A DNA stretch of 64,000 nt from the NCBI GenBank assembly GCA_030754595.1, contig JASLZZ010000129.1, positions 1-64,000 on the forward strand, given 5' to 3'. Under the pieces are notes generated by a model that saw only the letters and a program-made list of their open reading frames with translations, did not search any database and had not been told where the DNA came from. The DNA is from Nitrospinota bacterium (GTDB taxonomy: Bacteria; UBA8248). Of the stretch, positions 60,947 through 64,000 are shown in pieces (position 1 is the stretch's first letter; each line of letters opens with the position of its first letter). The translations under genes were made by a program, and so were the position numbers.

Positions 60947-61996
60947 ATGTCCCGTTCTTCGAGTATTCTCCGGATCTCCCGGACACTCGCCGCCCCCGCT
61001 TTCCTGATCTGCGCCCTCTTCGCGGCGGCCCTGCTCGCCCCGCCTCCCACAGCTGCCGCCGATCGGGTGACCATCGTGCTCAACTGGCTCCCGGGAGGGG
61101 CCCATGTGCCCATCTATTATGCGCGGGACGCCGGCTTTTATAAGAAAGCGGGAATAGAGGTCGAAATCCGGAGTTCGCGGGGCAGCCGGGAGGCACTGAG
61201 CGCTCTGGGCGCGGGCAAGGCCCAGTTCGCCATCACCGAGGCGGCCGAGCTCTTCTCCAGGCGGGCCGACGGCCTCAAGCCGGTGGGGGTGATGGCCTAT
61301 TTCAACAAAAGCCCGAACGCCGTGTTGGCGCTCAATGGCTCGGGGATCCGCCGCATCGCCGATCTGGCCGGAAAGCGGATCGCCGCCCCGCGATCTTCAT
61401 TGCCGCGGATACTGTTTCCCCGGCTGGCGGGCGAGGGAAAAATCAACCTGAAGGAAGTGCACTGGGTCAGCCTGGCGCCCGCCGAGCTGATGCCGGCGCT
61501 GATCGCGGGAAAGGTCGATGCCGTCGCCTCCTCCACGATGGTCGCTCATCAGTACCGCGTCGCCGCCTCGAAAAAAGGGGGAGCGCTCTCCGTCCTCCCC
61601 CTCGCCGACGCCGGCGTGAACATCTACTCGCTCGTCCTCGCGGCGCCGAAGGCCTTCATCACCAAGAAACCCGGGCTGGCGAAATCCTTCGTCCGGGCTA
61701 CGGCCGAGGGAGTGGCCGCCGCCCTTGAACGCCCGGGCGCGGCCCTTAAAATCTTCCTCAAGGCGAATCCGGCCGCCATCCGGCCCCGGGCCCGCGCCGA
61801 GTGGCGGGTGGCGCACTCGCTCATTTATCCGCTCGAGGCGCGGCGCTCGCCCCTCGGGCGATTTGAGCGGAGCCGCATCGAGGAGATGAGGAAAATCCTC
61901 ACCCGGATCAGGAATCTCAGGACCGTTTTATCGTCCATCGACGTCTACTCGAACGAACTCGTGCCCGCGCTCAGGCCGCGTCCCGGAGCCCTCTAG
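60947..61996 (+). CDS. ABC substrate-binding protein, NMT1/THI5/SsuA-like (orphan)
   Basis: Signal peptide, LNWLPGGAH..YYA...GFY...GIEVEI, DLAGKRIA. Confidence 0.85.
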   Translation: MSRSSSILRISRTLAAPAFLICALFAAALLAPPPTAAADRVTIVLNWLPGGAHVPIYYARDAGFYKKAGIEVEIRSSRGSREALSALGAGKAQFAITEAAELFSRRADGLKPVGVMAYFNKSPNAVLALNGSGIRRIADLAGKRIAAPRSSLPRILFPRLAGEGKINLKEVHWVSLAPAELMPALIAGKVDAVASSTMVAHQYRVAASKKGGALSVLPLADAGVNIYSLVLAAPKAFITKKPGLAKSFVRATAEGVAAALERPGAALKIFLKANPAAIRPRARAEWRVAHSLIYPLEARRSPLGRFERSRIEEMRKILTRIRNLRTVLSSIDVYSNELVPALRPRPGAL

Positions 61997-62022
61997 GGGC
62001 GCTCCCTCCGGGAGGGGGGCAT

Positions 62023-62057
62023 AAAAAGGCCGAAGGCTATTAGCCCCCGACCTTTTT
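62023..62057. terminator. Imperfect bidirectional terminator between convergent genes
   Basis: AAAAAGG...GGCTA T TAGCC...CCTTTTT. Confidence 0.55.
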
Positions 62058-62142
62058 AGCACTGGTTCGTTTCGTTTACCGGCCCGGCATGGGGCCGTCC
62101 CTCTCATCCCGGGGTATCTCTCGCCCTACCGCGCAGGCCTCA

Positions 62143-63576
62143 TTAAATCGTCGAGGTGATGACGGGCCTTCCGATCCCCTGGAAAGCCTCGCCCACCTCG
62201 TCGGCCGCCCGCGAGGCCGCCTCGAAGGCCTCCTGCGCCAGCTCCCGGCTTTTCTCGGCGAAATGGCGGGCCGACCCGGCCACCCGCTCCTTGGCGCCGG
62301 CGGCGAATGCGCTCGCCTGCGTGGAGAACTCCGCCGCCTGGGCGGCGGCGTACTTGGCCTGCTCGACGGCGGCCATGCCCAAGTCCTTGGCCCGCTCGAG
62401 GAGTTCCTTCGCCGCCTGGTCGGCGGCCTCGATGGCGCCCTGCTGTTTATGCGTGATCGCCTCGGCGGCGTGCTGGAGCGCCCGGGCGGCGGCCTCCTTG
62501 GCATCGGCCGCGGCCTTGAGGGCCGCCTCGTATGCCTCGGCCGCCGAGGGCATTTGGGGCACCTCGACCGGAATCGTCGGGTCGGTCTGGGTCCGAAGGA
62601 CGCCGGTCGCCGGCGCCCCCATCGCTCGTCCCGCCGGCGCCGTCCGCCGCTCGTCGGCGGCGCGGAGGGCCTCCTCGTCCACCATGATGTCGATCCGCCT
62701 GGCGACGACGCGCCGGCTCGGCTCGTTGATGCTCCAGGCGAGCCCGGCCGCCCCCATCAGGCGGATGAGATAATAGGTGATGTCCACCTCGAACCAGCGC
62801 TGGCCGTGGGCCGCCGAGCGCTGATCGGCGTGGTGGTTGTTGTGCCAGCCCTCGCCGAAGACGATGAGCGCCACCCACCAGCTGTTCGTGCTCTCCTCGT
62901 CGGTCCTGTAGTTGCGGTAGCCCCACAGGTGGGTCGCCGAGTTGACGAACCAGGTCGCGTGCCAGAGGGCGACCTGGCGCACAAACACCCCCCAGACGAG
63001 CCAGGAGGCGCCGAGCCCGCCCCAGAGCTCGCCCGCGAAATAGACCAAGGCGGCGAAGGCCACCCATATCCAGAAAAAATGGCGGTCGAAAAAGCGCTGG
63101 ACCGGGTCCCGGTCCAGATCCTTGGCGAAGCGGCAGTACTCCCCGTAGGCGTGGCACCCGGGCATCGTCACGAAGAGCCAGCCAATGTGGGCCCACAGGA
63201 AGGTGACGAGCGGTGAGTGCGGGTCCGGCTCGTCGTCGGCCTCCTTGTGGTGGATCCGGTGCTGGGCCACCCACTGCATCGGCCCGCTTTGAAGGGCCAG
63301 CACTCCGCAAAACGTCAGGAAATATTCCATCCACTTAAAAGTCTGAAAGCTCCTGTGGGTCAGCAGCCGGTGAAAGCACATCGTGATGCCGAGCATCCCG
63401 GCCACGAAATAGATAACGACGCCCAACACCAGCCCCGAGCGGCTGTAGTAGGCCGGGTCGAGGGCAGACAGCGCGGCGAGATGAATCCCCCCGATGACAA
63501 GGACGGTCAACCACATCACCTTTCGCTCGCTCTTCCGGTGTACGGCGAGACGTTTATTTCCAGGATCGGGCACCAA
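62143..63576 (-). CDS. Delta-9-type membrane acyl-lipid/acyl-CoA desaturase with long C-terminal 11-mer repeat helical extension
   Basis: His boxes HRLLTH, HRIHH, HNNHH; GEGWHNNHH, VNSATH; GGAGGT RBS; Ala/Glu-rich tail. Confidence 0.92.
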   Translation of the reverse strand: MVPDPGNKRLAVHRKSERKVMWLTVLVIGGIHLAALSALDPAYYSRSGLVLGVVIYFVAGMLGITMCFHRLLTHRSFQTFKWMEYFLTFCGVLALQSGPMQWVAQHRIHHKEADDEPDPHSPLVTFLWAHIGWLFVTMPGCHAYGEYCRFAKDLDRDPVQRFFDRHFFWIWVAFAALVYFAGELWGGLGASWLVWGVFVRQVALWHATWFVNSATHLWGYRNYRTDEESTNSWWVALIVFGEGWHNNHHADQRSAAHGQRWFEVDITYYLIRLMGAAGLAWSINEPSRRVVARRIDIMVDEEALRAADERRTAPAGRAMGAPATGVLRTQTDPTIPVEVPQMPSAAEAYEAALKAAADAKEAAARALQHAAEAITHKQQGAIEAADQAAKELLERAKDLGMAAVEQAKYAAAQAAEFSTQASAFAAGAKERVAGSARHFAEKSRELAQEAFEAASRAADEVGEAFQGIGRPVITSTI

Positions 63577-63946
63577 TCCATACCTCCCTTTGCAATGAAT
63601 TCAGACCGGGATGCGTGGATATCACACCGCGCGGCGCCGCGGCGTCCGCTGCACGAGGCGCCCGGTGCTCGGATGCTCTCCGGGCGGGTCCCTGCCCCCA
63701 ACAAAACGATCACTCCCGATACCCGCCCATGTTTGGCGAGGTAAATCCAAAAATCAAGCCGAAACCATCTGAAATATAAATTTTTCCTGACTTTTCAGGG
63801 GCCTTAGCTCCGGCCCCCACTTCGGCCTTAGCTTCGACCTTCATTCCGAGGCCCCACTTCGGCCTCCAGTAGCCTCCCATTTTCCGGGCCGATGTCATAC
63901 GTTGGCAACATACGTATTCATCACCACTTTTCATCAGGAGCCCGCG

Positions 63947-64000
63947 ATGCCCGAAATCGAGGCCAACGGAATCAAACTTTTCTATGAAACCTCCGGCAAG
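63947..64000 (+). CDS. Probable alpha/beta hydrolase, 5' end only
   Basis: AGGAG RBS; MPEIEANGIKLFYETSGK resembles a typical alpha/beta hydrolase N-terminus. Confidence 0.6.
   Translation, partial: MPEIEANGIKLFYETSGK

Noticed and set aside
1022..63744. Many long antisense or alternate-frame ORFs (e.g. 1725..2963, 6420..7718, 17127..18509, 21372..23411, 33442..34806, 56290..58641)
   Set aside because: Shadows of real genes caused by high GC3 codon bias; no recognisable motifs
63710..63934. 74-aa ORF and short repeats (GGCCCCACTTCGGCCT twice) upstream of the desaturase
   Set aside because: Two imperfect copies only, and the ORF has no recognisable features; not CRISPR-like

Overview
GC-rich bacterial chromosome segment from a probably Gram-negative, deep-branching lineage (Nitrospinota/Tectomicrobia/deltaproteobacteria-like gene content; this is inference only). 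Left end: a 5'-truncated Fic-HTH gene in AT-richer DNA abuts an orphan 3' half of tRNA-Ala(GGC), which sits just behind the pnp terminator and probably marks an integration junction. Next is the core minus-strand rimP-nusA-ylxR/L7Ae(fused)-infB-DUF503-rbfA-truB-rpsO-pnp operon. It is followed by PilZ, orphan E2, flavin reductase, UvrD/PcrA, histidine phosphatase, DUF151, miaB, a degenerate stand-alone 2-oxoacid oxidoreductase gamma-like gene, a GHL10 lipoprotein and HU. A three-gene Rieske / b6-type cytochrome b / octaheme HAO-family operon follows, then a frameshifted malate synthase G, an Fe3+-type ABC transporter with two tandem ATPases plus CapA, an RHH-like gene with a tandem palindromic site, DacA and a ComD/ComE-like TPP enzyme pair. 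A decaying accessory patch (about 41.6-48.1 kb) holds an amber-interrupted CocE hydrolase, a doubly frameshifted amidase, an AbiE type IV TA pair with a frameshifted toxin and a SHOCT remnant. The right part has a variant System I cytochrome c maturation cluster (CcmE CPSKF, CcmH Cx7C, two extra uncharacterised genes), ilvC, an orphan NMT1/THI5 binding protein and a delta-9-type desaturase fused to eleven 11-mer amphipathic repeats. Best candidates for new biology: the Rieske/cyt b/octaheme complex and the desaturase with an apolipoprotein/perilipin-like tail. No CRISPR array, rRNA, intact tRNA, integrase or transposase was seen.
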